Origin: Eimeria praecox
Taxonomy: Eukaryota
Direction: 5' to 3'
Assembly: GCA_963920595.1 (NCBI GenBank)
Contig: OY986946.1
Coordinates: 7,874,001 to 7,938,000, forward strand
DNA: 64,000 nucleotides
The position numbers and the translations under genes are program-made. The notes below the pieces were generated by a model. That model saw nothing but the letters and a program-made list of their open reading frames with translations, had not been told where the DNA came from and ran no database searches. How positions within the stretch are numbered: the stretch's first letter is position 1; every line of letters starts with the position of its first letter. Positions 1-14,307 of this stretch are shown here, in pieces.

Positions 1-214
1 TTTGTCTTCGTCGTCTGCTCTTCTTGTTTGTTTGTTTTTGTTTTTGTTTGTTTTTGTTTGTCTCTCTTTTGTTTCTTGTTTGTTGCTTGTTTATTTTTAT
101 TTATTTTTGTTTGTTTATTTTGTTTATTTTGTTTATTTTCTGAGAACGAAATTTGTAGATGTATATTTGTATATTATACTTTGCTAATATATCGATAGTT
201 TGTTTTATACGTAC

Positions 215-315
<101 letters not shown>

Positions 316-425
316 AGGCTGAAGCCTAACGTCTGTCACCGAGAATTAAAATTAAAGCAAATACATACAATAATAAACATATCTTTCTATTCGTAATTTA
401 TTCGTCTATTCATCTAACCATTTAC

Positions 426-492
<67 letters not shown>

Positions 493-513
493 TTTGTTTG
501 TTTGTTTGTTTAG

Positions 514-585
514 CTTAAGCCCTACGTCTGTCGTCAAACATTTAAGATGGCGTCTCAGAAATTTTGGAACGCCGACGAAAATTAA
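514..585 (+). CDS. Probable terminal exon of a gene starting upstream of the window; possibly mitochondrial ribosomal protein mL41 (MRP-L27 family)
   Basis: A T-rich tract and TAG acceptor (511-513) precede the non-repetitive frame LKPYVCRQTFKMASQKFWNADEN*. LKPYV is the conserved motif of mL41, but the match is only 5 aa. Confidence 0.3.
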   Translation, partial: LKPYVCRQTFKMASQKFWNADEN

Positions 586-1492
586 TTTTTAAAAAAACAA
601 AAATTTATTTTTTTTAATTTTCTAACTTTTTTTATCTTTTTTATTTTATTATAATATTGTAAAGTATATTATAGTATAATATATTACAATATTGTATTTA
701 AGATAGTATTTTATTATTATTTTAAATTATACTAATATTATATTATAGTATTATAATATTGTATATAAGATTGTATATAAGATAGGATTTTATTATTATT
801 TTAAATTATACTAATATTATAGTGTAGTATGGCATAGTATAGTATAGTATATTGTAGTGTAGTATATTATACTTACTATACAATATTAAATTATATTATA
901 TTAAACTAAATTATATTAAATAAACAGTATTTTATAATAATTTTATTAAATAGATATCGATATATTATTATTATATATTACTGCTATTATACTTTTGTTA
1001 ACAAACAGGAAGAAGACCTCCTCCCTCAGCATAAAGAGAACATTTTTATATTTATTTCTTTTTTATTGTATGTATTTATTTGTTTATTTCTACTATTTAT
1101 ATTTACTTTTATTTCTATCTTCTCTATTCTCTCCCTCTTAATTGATTTTATATATATCTTTCTTTTCATATTTTCTATTATTTATTTATTTATTTTTTGT
1201 TTCTATGTTTGTTATTATTTTCTTTCTATGAAACTTCTTTTCTTTTTCTGTTTTTGTTTTCTATCAACAAAATCTACGAAGACATCAAACTTTAATTTCT
1301 TCTAATCCTCTACTCGACTCCTCGCCTACAGATTATATACATACTACGCCTACATATATATATATATACATATAATCTTAATTTATTATATATATATATA
1401 TATGTATATTTATATATATGTATATTGTATATGGTTGTGGCTGTTTCCTACATACAACTGCGTGTTTATACTTGTATATACCTCCTCTCTCC

Positions 1493-1544
<52 letters not shown>

Positions 1545-1967
1545 TGTGTATGTAAGTATGTGCATTGTTATATATACCTAAATACTTTGCTATTAGTTGT
1601 CAAAGTGTAAAAGAAGAAAATTTGATGCAGGAGTTAGTAGTTAAAGTATTACTGTAGATAAAATAAAAAGAAGAAAAAGAAAAAGAAAAAGAAAAAGAAA
1701 AAGAAGAAGAAGAAGAATAAATGTTTTGTTTATTTGTAAGAAAGTTTTTAAAATAAACTTAGGCTAGAAGAAAATATTTGGCTTCGCTGTTTGCTTATTT
1801 TCTAATAAGTTTAAAATATAGAAAATATATTTAAACCATATATTAAAAGATATATTATTATTAATTTTCCTCGACAAATAGACAAATAATAAAAACAATT
1901 GTATGTATGTATTATATAGAGAATATAATGCTTCGGGTGTATGTATGTATGTAGTATGTGTGTATCA

Positions 1968-2835
1968 TCATTCTTCAACTTTGTTTTTTTTGTTTTTCTT
2001 TTTTATTTTTGTCTCGACATTACTATTTTTGTGTTTAATGTTTAAATGTTTGTGTTTATTTTTTATAATTTTTTGTTTTTTAATGTGTTTATTTTTGTGT
2101 TGTTTTATTATAATATTATTTTTATTATTATTATTATTTATATTTTTATTTTTTTCTTGTTTTTCTTTCTCTATCCATTGTTTAAGAAATCCTTCATTTT
2201 CATTTTTTGTATTTAATATCATTGATGTATCAAAATCAATATTTAATTTTTTAAATTTTAAATTTTTTTTATTTAATTTTTTTTGAAAAGAAGAAAATTC
2301 TTTCGGAGATAATATTCTATCAATTGATTTATTATGTTTTTTTGCTTCTTTTCTTGCTGCTATGATTTGTCGAATCGGTCCATAGATCATTTTCTTTTTT
2401 TTAAATATTTTTAAATTTATATCTTTTATATTTAAAACTTTACATACTAACGTACGCCCAAACATTCTATATCCGTTCATTGTTTCAGCAGCAACAGCAG
2501 CAACATCATTAATTTCAAATAATATAAAAGCATAACCTTTACTTCTCCCTGTCTTTCTACTCCTAAACAAACGTAATCCTACTATTCTACCAAACTGTTG
2601 AAAAAATAATTTTAATTCTCTCTCCATAAAACCATCAGGAAGGTGTGCTACGTATAATGCACCGCACCGAGAAGATATGCGTTGTTTTCTCTTCTTTTCT
2701 TTATTATTTTTATTATTTTTATTATTATTTTTATTATTTTTATTATCTTTATTTTTAGTTTTAGTATTTTCATTATTCTCTTCGCCTTCAGATACACAGT
2801 TTGATGGTTTATGCTTCTTCATATCCCCAGTGTCT

Positions 2836-2890
<55 letters not shown>

Positions 2891-3146
2891 TTGCTGTTGC
2901 TGCTGCTGCTGCTGACAGATCAGCAGGAGTAGAAGATGCTGCTGCTGCAGGGGTTTCTGCTGCTCGATTCTTCTTATCTGTCTCGGTTGTAGACAGAAGT
3001 TTGTTTGTTAGGTTTTCTCCTGCTGATGTTGCTGCTGCTGCTGCTGCTGCTTTTGCTGCTGCTGCTGCTGCTGTTTTCGCCTGCTTCTGTTTCCTCTTCA
3101 TCGATGAAGACGATGAATCTGCTGCTGCTGTTGCTGCTGCTGTTGT

Positions 3147-3178
<32 letters not shown>

Positions 3179-3386
3179 TTGCTGCTGTTTTCTTCTTATT
3201 TTTTTTCTTGTTAATCCCACGACTCATTGGAGACACAGAAGCTGCTGCTGCTGCTGCTGCAGCAGCAGCAGGAGCAGCAGCAGCATCGGGTTTTGCTGGC
3301 TTTATTGTTTTTGTTTTTTTGTTTGTTTCATTCTTGCTAGAATTATTTAATCTATTTTTCTCCTTCTTTTTCTGTGTTCCTTCCAT
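1968..3386 (-). CDS. NOP15: Nucleolar RRM protein, Nop15/NIFK (MKI67IP)-like, with N-terminal poly-Ala and Lys/Asn low-complexity tracts; single exon
   Basis: 472 aa ORF containing the RRM GALYVAHLPDGFMERELKLFFQQFGRIVGLRLFRSRKTGRSKGYAFILFE...VAAETMNGYRMFGRTLVCK, which matches the Nop15/NIFK pattern; Lys-rich C-terminus. Confidence 0.85.
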
Positions 3387-4006
3387 TTTTAAAAAAATAA
3401 TTTAAATATAACTTCGTTTAACGTCAAAATTATAAATTGTAAATTGGCGGGATGCTCTGCGGTGTATATACACTCCATGCATACACCCGAACAGAGAGAG
3501 TGGAAGCCCGACTTGAATGTGAAATTTGATGTGTTGAACGAATTTATTTTAATACTGAATTATTAAAAAAGTAAATAAAATATAAAAGAAGAAGAAAAAT
3601 AAGAAAAAAGGAAGAAAAACAAACAAAATTCGACGAATGTTTATATAAAAAAACCCACGATGTAAAAATGATGAAAAGAATATATCGATGATTTGAATGG
3701 AAGATGATTTTCAGGTGTATATACACCTGAGAAAATATATATATTTATATATATTTATATATATTTATATATATTAATATATATTTATTTATTTAATAAA
3801 TAATAAAAATATATTTATATATTCTTCATTTCGTTTCACAACAACATATCCCCACGGGGCTGTTTGACTGACTTCCACAGCCCCATTGTATTTTATTATT
3901 ATTATTATTGTTGTAGATTTTGTTTGTTTTTTCTTTTGAAATTTATATTTATTTGTTTATTATTAAATTATATTTGTATATTTAAATAAATAAACACAAA
4001 ATCAAC

Positions 4007-4663
4007 ATGGCAACAGACACAGCAGCGGATCCTGTTCAACTCGCTGTTGTTGAATTGCTGGGGCTTAGTGATATGTACAGACGGTAAGATTAATTTTTTT
4101 TTATTTTTCTACTTAAAAATAAATTAATTAAAATAAATATGTTTAATTATATATTGTAGTTATATCTAAATATAAATAAATACAAATCAAATTATATTCA
4201 TTTATGAAACGGAAGAGACAGAGAAGGAAAGAAGAGCGATAGAAGAAATATTTGTAGTTTATTTTTTTTTATTTTTATTTTCTGTTTTGTTTTTTGTTTG
4301 TTTGTTTATTTGTTTGTTTTTTATTATCTTTCTGTATTTCATGTGTCTATCTGTACACCTGAATATACATACAGAAGAATATATTTTAATTTAACTTCCT
4401 ATTTCTATTTTCTATTTTTATTTTTATTTTTATTTTTATTTATATATTTATTTGTTTTTCTTTGTTTGTAGTATGCAAGATGTTTGTTGGTCGAGATGTA
4501 TCCCCGCGATTAAAACAAATTATCTTGAGGCAGGAGAAGTTAGTTGTGTTGATAGATGCGTACACAAAGTAAGATATATTAATTTGATTTAATTTAATTT
4601 AATTTAATTTAATTTAGTGTGTTTTATTGTATTGTATTGTATTTATATTTATAATTAGTAGAG

Positions 4664-4725
<62 letters not shown>

Positions 4726-5337
4726 CTATTTATTTATTTATTTATCACTTACAAACAAATGAACAGATATGGGGGTTTTAATTTTGCTTCTACTTGTTTA
4801 TTAGTTTAAAAATTTATTTATTCTTAATATTTATTTTCTGTCTGTATTACATGTTTTGTTTGTGTATTTATTTAACGTGTAGTTATTGTATCTTTGTTTG
4901 TTTATTTTTCTATTGATCTATATATTTATATATTTATATATTTATATATATTTATACATTTATACATTTGTATATTTATATATTTATATATCTATATACT
5001 TATATATTTATATATTTATATATTTATGTATTTGCGTATTTATATATTTATATCTTTTTATATTTTTTATTTATTTATCTACTTTTTCCTTGTTATTTTT
5101 ATATATGTATGCGTATATATACATTTATTTATTTATATATTGTTTATTATTTATTTATTATGTTATATTTTTCTTATTTACTTATAATTAATTAATTAAT
5201 TATTTATTTAATTAATTAATTAATTAATTAATTAATTAATTAATTAATTTGTTTGTTTATATTTTCAGTATACGGCCGTCCACAGTATTCTGGGGAAGCA
5301 ATTGCAGGAGGCGTCAAATAAACAAACAACAAATTAA
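4007..5337 (+). CDS. TIM10: Mitochondrial intermembrane-space small Tim chaperone (Tim10), 3 exons: 4007-4083, 4472-4568, 5269-5337
   Basis: The spliced product MATDTAADPVQLAVVELLGLSDMYRRMQDVCWSRCIPAIKTNYLEAGEVSCVDRCVHKYTAVHSILGKQLQEASNKQTTN* has twin CX3C motifs and the Tim10-like SDMY.RM and GE..C.DRCV.KY signatures. GT-AG introns have consistent phases. Absent from the ORF track. Confidence 0.9.
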
Positions 5338-6001
5338 ATAATTAAATATTTACTATAAATATAAATATAAATATAAAATATAAATATAAATACAAATATA
5401 AATATAAAATGTAAAGATAAATACAAATATAAATATAAATATAAAATATATAAATATAAATGCAAATGTAGATGTAAATATAAATGTTAGTACAAAATAT
5501 AAATATGAAATAGAAATACAAAATATAAATACAAATATTAATATATTATAATATTATGTTGTTTAAATATAAATAGTATTCGAATACAAATATAAATGTA
5601 AATATAAATATAAATATAAATATAAATATAAATATAAATATAAATATAAATATAAATATAAATATAAATATAAATACAAATATGAATATGTTATGATTTA
5701 GTGTTGTTTTAAGATATATTTTATTCTTTTTCTTCTTTTCTATTTCTCTTCTTTCTCTTCTTCTTCTTTTTATTTTAATTTAGTAAACAAAACACAATAA
5801 ACACAAACTGTAATTCAAAAACATAAAAACAGCAGCAACTGCTGCTGTTGCTGCTGCAGCTGCTGCAGCAGCAGCAGCAGCACTTGCTGCTGTCTTTGCA
5901 GCTGTTGCTGCTTCTGTTGCAGCAGTATTTGCTGCTGCTGCTGCTGCTGCTGCTGTTGCAGGGTTTTGACTTTGTATGAGGTGTTGTGCTTTGCTGCTTC
6001 G

Positions 6002-6039
<38 letters not shown>

Positions 6040-6098
6040 GCATTTGTGTGTTTTTGTTATTTAATATCTGTAGGTCTTTTTATCTGTTTTATTTACAT

Positions 6099-6130
<32 letters not shown>

Positions 6131-6270
6131 TTTCTCTTCTTCTCCCTCAACGTTTTCAATACATAACACCTCATCTTCATCTCTTTATCTCTTTATCTCT
6201 TTCTTTATTTTTATTTTAATTTTTATTTTAATTTTTATTTTATGTTTATGTTTATGTTTATGTTTGTCTA

Positions 6271-7906
6271 CTATAAGTATTCGTCTTCTTCTTGATATTG
6301 ATAGTTTAACATATCTCCTTCTACTTTCGTCGGCATCTCTTCTAAAGCATCGTTAGCTGTACGTACACAGAAAATTAAATAGTATATTAGTACTTACAAA
6401 CATAATAATTAATTTAATTAAACACAATTCATAGAATTATTTACAATAGTAATATTATTCTTATTTGCAATAATAATGTTTATAATCGTAATTTATTTAT
6501 TACTAATTGTTTATTTTTTTTAATGTTTTATATTATTTGTATGTATTATGATTATAATAATTATAACTATATAATTACAATTATAATATAATTATTATAA
6601 TATAATTATTAGTATAATAATAATTATGATTTTCACAACAATATAATTATAATTATAATTATAATTATATAATACAATTATAATAATAATAATAATTATA
6701 ACTATATAATTATAATTATAATAATTATAATAATTATAATTATTATTAGTTTAGTTTTTCTTAACTTACGAATTTGCAGTTGAGGCTTCAGAATAATCAA
6801 AGCTGTGGGAGTCAAAACTGTAAAGAAGAAACATCAATTCTTTATTTTATTTTAATTTAATTTATTTTTATTTTATTTTAATTAAGTAGTTAAATTATAT
6901 TATTATGTAATTTATAGTACTAAAAGATAGAGAGAAAGAGATTAGTTGTTTGTTTTTTATTTTAATTAATTAATTAATTAATTAATTAAATTATATATCA
7001 TTAAGTAATTTACAATACTAAAAACAGAGGTTGATTGCTTGTTTTTGTTTTATCTTAATTAGTTAATTAATATTAATTAATACTAATGTTAAATAATTAA
7101 TATTAATACTTTAATTAATATAATACTATTATCACTTAATTAATATATTACTATTACCATTTAACTGATATATTACTATTACCATTTAATTAATATATTA
7201 CTATTACCATTTAACTGATATATTACTATTACCATTTAATTAATATATTACTATTATCAATTAATTAATATAATACTATTATTATTTAATTAATATAATA
7301 CTATTATCAATTAATTAATATAATACTATTATTATTTAATTAATATAATACTATTATCAATTAATTAATATAATACTATTGTCGTTTAATTAATGTATTA
7401 CTATTATTATTTAATATATGTACTTCTCTTCTTTATTTATACTATTCTTATTTAATTTATATAATACAAATAGTAAGAGCATTATATTAGTTAAACAAAT
7501 AATTATTTAATTAATATAATACAGTTGATAGAAGTAGTATATTAATTAAGTAATTATTTAATTTAGTACAAATAGTAGGAGCAGTATATTAATTAAATAA
7601 TTATTTATTTAATTAATATTATATTTTATTCTTTATGTATTATCTTTAGACATTTATTTATTACTTTTTTCTGTTTTATTTTATTTGAATTACTTCAATT
7701 CTTTTCTCTTTTTATTTATTCTATTATAGAGAGGCGAGCTTACGTTTATTTGTTTGTTTTATTTGTATTATAATAAACAGCAGTAATATATAACTAATTG
7801 TTTATCTTGTATATTATGATAGATATATTCATTATATATAGTAATGTTGTTATTATTATCTGTAGCTTTATTATTACTTATAACAAACATTCTTCACAAA
7901 ATATAC

Positions 7907-7968
<62 letters not shown>

Positions 7969-8543
7969 ACACATATATATATATATATATGCTGCTATAG
8001 TCTGTCTATCTGTAAGTCTATTAACAAATTATAACAAGCATTAATAATGAAATATACAACAAATAAATATACAATCTATCATTCTATTAACAATTATAAC
8101 AAACAATTATAATAAAATAAACAACATATATATTGCTATGATCTATCACTTTATTAACAAATATAACAAACAATTATAATAAAATCTAAAACAAATAATT
8201 CTATAATCTATCATAACAGACAATTAAATAATATATAAAACAAACATAGCTATAATGTATTACTTCATTAACAATACTAATAACAAACAATTAAGATAAA
8301 CTATAGAATATAAAACAAATAAATAAATAAATAAATAAATATATTTTATTAATAAATATATATTTACGAGCTAAGACTCCTATCCACTTCCAAACTTCTC
8401 CTCCATTGCTGCAATGGCCTGCGTCTTTGCCTGAAGAGAAGAAAAAAGTAGAAAAATAATTTTAAATTTTTTTAATTTTAAATTTTATTCTTTCTCTGTT
8501 CTAATGCCTCCTTTTATGATGATTCAGTCTGTTTATTATCTAC

Positions 8544-8582
<39 letters not shown>

Positions 8583-9396
8583 TTTTACATACAGAATGTC
8601 TGCAGCAAGTAGCCAGAGGATGCTCCAGCTAACAACCTGGCGGCGTAGCGGGGGATAGCTGAGAGCGCCAACACTGTGTGCGAATATAAATATAAATATA
8701 AATATAAATATAAATATAAATATAAATATAAATATAAATATAAACATAAACATAAATATAAATATAGACATAAATATAGATATAAATATAAGTATAAATA
8801 TAAATATAAATATAAATGTAAATATAAATGTAAATATAAATATAAATTTATAATTGCATTTATACTTGTATTTTTATTTATTTTATTTTTTCTCTCTGCC
8901 GGGAATCGAACGCGGCTCACCTGTGCCTTCTCTGCCTTCGTCGCCGACCTAAGAAAACAGAAAAAGAAGAATAAAGTTAAATATGCATATAAGTTTGTAA
9001 GTCTACTTTCATACTAATTAATAAATAATAAATAAATAAATAATAAATAAATAAATAAATAAATATACACCTAGACACGCATATCTAAAGATAAATAAAT
9101 AATTAAACTAACTCTAAAATACAAGAGAGAAAGAGAGAAAGAAATAAATGACAGAAGAGAAATAAGAAAAGAAAGGACGAAGGATTCAAAGAAAGGAAGA
9201 AGATGGCAGATAAAGAAGAAGACAGAAAATGACAAACAACAACAGGAGATAGAGGAGAAGAAGAGAAGAAGAGAAGAAGATAAGGAGATTAGAAGATAAG
9301 AAGAAGACAGAAGAAGATAAGAGGATACGAAGATAAGAAGAAGAAGAAGAAAAGCAGGAGATAAGAAGATAAGGAGAACAGAGAGAGACAGAGACA

Positions 9397-9430
<34 letters not shown>

Positions 9431-9437
9431 CAGAGAC

Positions 9438-9468
<31 letters not shown>

Positions 9469-11169
9469 GAGAGAAAGACAGTTGCTTCTGACCTGCACAG
9501 CCATTTGTATAAGTCTACGAGAAGATAAGAAGAAGATGAGAAGATACGAAGATAAAAAAAAGATAAGAAGACGATAAGATACAGAAAGAGAGAGACAGAG
9601 AGACAGAGACAGAGAGAGAGAGAGACAGACAGACAGGGAGAGAGAGAGAGAGAGACAGAGAGAGAGAGAGAGTTGCTTCTGACCTGCACAGCCATTTGTA
9701 TAAGTCTCGGCGCCCAAATGATTTCTCCAATAGTAAAAAACATAATTCCGCAGACAGCGCCAGAAAGAGAAGAAGAAAAACACTAGAAACAACATAGTTT
9801 AACGAGCAAGTAAGACTAATATAAACTAATCCGTGTGATTTGTTTTAATCAAGTTTATCTGTTTTATTTGATTTAATAGAGTTTATTAATTTTATTTAGT
9901 TTGATACAGTTCATTAATTTTATTTATTTTATTTGAATGTATTAATCTAAGTCTTCTATATCGTTTTAATTTATACAAAACAGCGTTGAATAATTATATT
10001 TAACTATTTTTGTAAACGTATTTAGTTTTTTTGATTTGTTTAATTTAATTTATTTATTTAATTTAATTTATTTAATTTATTTAATCCATTTAATTATTTA
10101 ATATATTCAATTTATTTGATATAATTAATTTATTTAATTTATTTGATTTATTTAATTTATTTGATTTGTTTAATTTATTTAATAATTTATTTAAATTGTG
10201 TTTGCTAACATAATTAACTTAATCTTTTTCGTTTGTTCACAAAATTTCATCGAGTTTAATTAAATTAATTAAGCAAACAAAATCGATAAAATGTATATCT
10301 TACCAGTATAAACATCGACGAGGCGGATATGAAACTCCCCTAAAAACAAACAAACAAGATGATAGATGATAGATAAGCAGTTCAAATATTAAATAATATT
10401 AATCAATACAGATTTTATAATATAGATAGATAGATAGATACATGCATACATACATACATACATACGTGCATACATACATAGACAGATAGATAGATAGATA
10501 TATAGATATATAGATATAGTTATATAGATATAGAGATATATAGATATAGTTATATAGATATAGATATAGGTATAGATATAGATATAGATATAGATATAGA
10601 TATAGATATAGATATAGATATAGATATAGATATAGATATAGATATAGATATAGATATAGATATAGATAGATATAGATATAGATATATAGATGTAGATATA
10701 GATAGATATAAAACAATAAAGACAGATAGATGCATTAGAATATCTATGTACATACATAAAGCATGCATACACATATATATACATACATATACACATATAC
10801 ACATACATGCATATATATATATATATATAATCTACTTACGATGATTAATAGAGTGTATGTGCTAAGCCCAGCAGCATGAAGTGCAGGCGAGGAGAAAGGA
10901 AGGAGAAAACCCACAATCAGAGGATTTACTCCGAGCACCAACTCGAAGGGAACGCGAGCGTTTGTAGCTGATAGTACGATAGTTATATTTAGATATTTAT
11001 TTATGTTTTTATGCGTGTTTATGTTTATATTTATACTTATATTTATGTCTATATTCATACTTATGTTTATGTCTGTATTTATATTTATATTTGGATTTAG
11101 ATTTATTTATATATATTTATATTTATGTATTTTTATTTGGATTTTTGCATATTTATGTGTTTACGTGTT

Positions 11170-11242
<73 letters not shown>

Positions 11243-12310
11243 TTTATGAATTCTCTCCTTACAGCGTGTGAATGTCTTTGGAAAAGAACTCCCAAAATGT
11301 CTACATGGATTTAGCTGTACATACACCAGAAAATAAATAAATAAAACAGCATCTCTTCGTACCTTAAGATACTGCCGACGCCTGCAGCAACAGCAGCAGC
11401 AACAGCAGCAGCAACAGCAGCAGCAGCAGCAGCAAGAGTAGCAGCAGCAGCAGCAGCAGATGGTGATGAGGATGATAACTAAATATATATTTTAATGTAT
11501 GTTTACCTGTCCATACAATCGAGGAGATAGCGAGAAAACGCCAGAGACGAGGAGAATGTAGAACTTGTTTGAAAATCTGTTGAGGGGGAGATAAATAAAT
11601 AAATATAAATATAAAGATAAAGATAAATGTAAATGTAAATATAAATATAAATATAAATATAAATATAAACATAAATATAAATATAAATATAAATATAAAT
11701 ATAAATATAAATATAAATATAAATATAAATATAAATACAAATATAAATATAAATATAAATGTAAATGTAAATATAAATGTAAATATAAATATAAATATAA
11801 ATATAAAATATAAATATAAATATAAAATATAAATATAAATATAAATATAAATATAAATATAAATATAAATATAAATATAAATATAAATATAAATATAAAT
11901 ATAAATGTAAATATAAATATAAATATAAATATAAAATATAAATATAAATATAAATATAAATAATAAATATAAATATAAGTATAATAAATATATGATAAAT
12001 AAGCGAATAAACACAGGAGATATATACTGAATAAGATTGATAATATATAAAAAAATATGATATTGAATTACTGTGAAAGGGGAAGAAGGGTTTATACACC
12101 TCAGATTGTGTGTAGATAGAGAAGAAACAGAATTTCGAAAGAAGAAACAAAGAAGAAGCTGTATAAGACCAGGAGATGCAGCTAACAGCAGATAAGGTCT
12201 GTACGGCTGTCCTAGGTCTGACGTCATAGACCTTGTGGTTGTTAGAAGCAGAGCTGAGCTCAGAGCAGCAGAATTAATCATAAGATACCTGAAAATAAAA
12301 AAAATAAACT

Positions 12311-12374
<64 letters not shown>

Positions 12375-12973
12375 CTTATAATTATACAACAGAAATAAAT
12401 TCAAAGGGAACACATGTAAAGAGAAGTAAGGACTAGAAGAAAATTTTCTAAGGAGTTTATTATTTGAAAGAAGAACACACAAACCTAAGAAACACACACT
12501 CAACAAATTCATCTATATCTCTCCTTGTTTGTTTTAACTTACGAGCCATCAAAGGCGAAAGAATGTGTAGAAGCTGAGGTGTATCTACGGATCGCCAACT
12601 TCAACACATTGCTTGTTAAGGAAACTCCCATAGGAAGCAAAAACAACAAAGTTGCTAGCATAGAAGATATATCAGTTGCAAAGACTAGGGTGAGTCGAGC
12701 GAAGAAAGATGTTGCTGTTCCGAGCAATAAGGAGTATTTAACCCCTAAATTATCTATCAAGGGACCGAAAAACACTCCAAATAATAAACTCATTAAGCCA
12801 TATAAGCCATATATCCAGCTGGCCGCTACGTCGCTCATCCCGAAACACATACTTAAATATAACACGAAAACATAGTCTAATGCAAATGTACTGAAGGAAT
12901 CTGCATATTCGCAGGCATATATCAAACAGAGTTCCCTAGGAGAGTTTAAAAGACATTTTAATTGATGAAACAT
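6271..12973 (-). CDS. Multi-exon (~12) major facilitator superfamily transporter, POT/PTR2 (proton-dependent oligopeptide transporter)-like
   Basis: Exon 1 (12973-12543) encodes hydrophobic helices ([12 protein letters not shown]..., [16 protein letters not shown]). The splice to 12288 gives [14 protein letters not shown] (cf. POT AFsiFYm.INiGal). Further coding islands lie near 11580-11507, 11381-11363, 11314-11262, 10977-10840, 10340-10303, 9780-9684, 8949-8922, 8675-8590, 8430-8368 and 6818-6770 ([13 protein letters not shown]). The last exon 6356-6271 ends EEDEYL*. Internal boundaries are approximate. Confidence 0.75.
7110..7410. repeat. AT-rich intronic minisatellite, ~25 bp unit (TTAATTAATATATTACTATTACCAT and variants)
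   Basis: About a dozen tandem imperfect copies are visible, with alternating variants. Confidence 0.75.
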
Positions 12974-13047
12974 CGTGGATATATTAAAAATATTACTGCT
13001 TTCTCTGTTCTACTTGCAGTCGAGTCTTTACGACTACCGCGCATGCG

Positions 13048-13067
13048 TGCGGTGTATGTACACCGCA
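13048..13067. promoter_or_regulatory. Near-perfect palindrome TGCGGTGTATGTACACCGCA with adjacent GCATGC in a divergent intergenic region
   Basis: Inverted repeat ~75 bp upstream of the MFS ATG (12973). GCATGC is a known coccidian-enriched, ApiAP2-type motif. Regulatory function is inferred. Confidence 0.4.
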
Positions 13068-13622
13068 GGTACTGAACTTTATTTACGCGAAACTTTGGTA
13101 ATTTTGACTTGTAAATGTTTCAAATCTCCTTGAGAAGTATCATTTCTTTGTTTAATTAGCTGCTTTGCTTGTTTTTTCGTTGATTTTCCTTCTTATGTCT
13201 GTCCATCCTTCACCTCATCGCAACTGCCGACTTAGCGGCGGCGGACTCGGCCGATGACGCTTTTGTGTTTCCCCATTTGTGGGAGTTTTTCATGAATTAA
13301 AAAACAATTTTCTGAGTTTATTTGTTGTTTTTACTGCATTTAAGATTTAAAATCCTATTTTCACTTTTGGTTGATCTCTCTTCACCGCGTCGGCTGCACC
13401 GCACCAGAGCAAGCAGCATTTCGGCTGCGGCCGCTCGACTCTCTTCGGATTCAAATACGAGATATTATATCTTCAAGTTCTGTAGAAGATATTTTATCTG
13501 CATATACATCGAAGTTAAACACCGAAAACCCCTCAATTGTCTCAATAAACGACGGAGAGGAAGGCGAGTCGGCCGTGGGTAAGAAAGATGCACAGCTAAC
13601 TTGTGCTGAAATTAAACATTTT

Positions 13623-14265
13623 ATGCTATTACAAGCCATGGAGGGAGCTGAGCATACAGCAGACATTTCTGCTGTTGAAGGGGAGGAAGAAATGAATATG
13701 CTTCAGGAGGACTTCGCGTTAAAGAATCAAACATCAACACCAGAAGAAAGTAAATACGTAGAAACGAAAGACAACAACTTGTATACAGATATACACCCAA
13801 AGGAGAGAATCAAAGACTTTAATAAAGTGTATGAACAAGGTAAGCGAAAGAGTCTTCATGTACTGCTGCTGCTGCTGCTGCTGCTGCTGCAGTTGTTGCT
13901 GCTGCTGCTGCTGCTGCATTTGCTGCTGTGTTTGGACCTGATATTTGTGTGTATATCTGAGTTTAAAACAATTCTTATCTTGCTGTTTCTTCTTCTTGTT
14001 CTGTTTTTAGATAAACCCCTCAGCGATTTTCCTGCTGCAGACGCTGCCTCTGCTGCGTCTGCAGCAGCAGCAGCAGCAGCTTCAGGTGTCTGTACACCGC
14101 AAAGGCGAGAGAATTTGGAAGAAAATAAAATATTAGAAGAAGTAAATAAATTAAATACAGCAGAAAGAGGAGAAGAACAAACTGAGGCGAAGAGAATGTC
14201 CTCTCGAGTGTTTCAATTAAAACTTTTCTTTGAAAAACAAATCGACAGCGCCAACACACATCGCA

Positions 14266-14307
<42 letters not shown>

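Noticed and set aside
2677..3405. 242 aa plus-strand ORF antisense to NOP15
   Set aside because: Shadow of GCA and AAT repeats; low complexity and no domain.
7110..7410. CRISPR-like array
   Set aside because: Contiguous tandem units without unique spacers, in a eukaryotic intron, with no cas genes.
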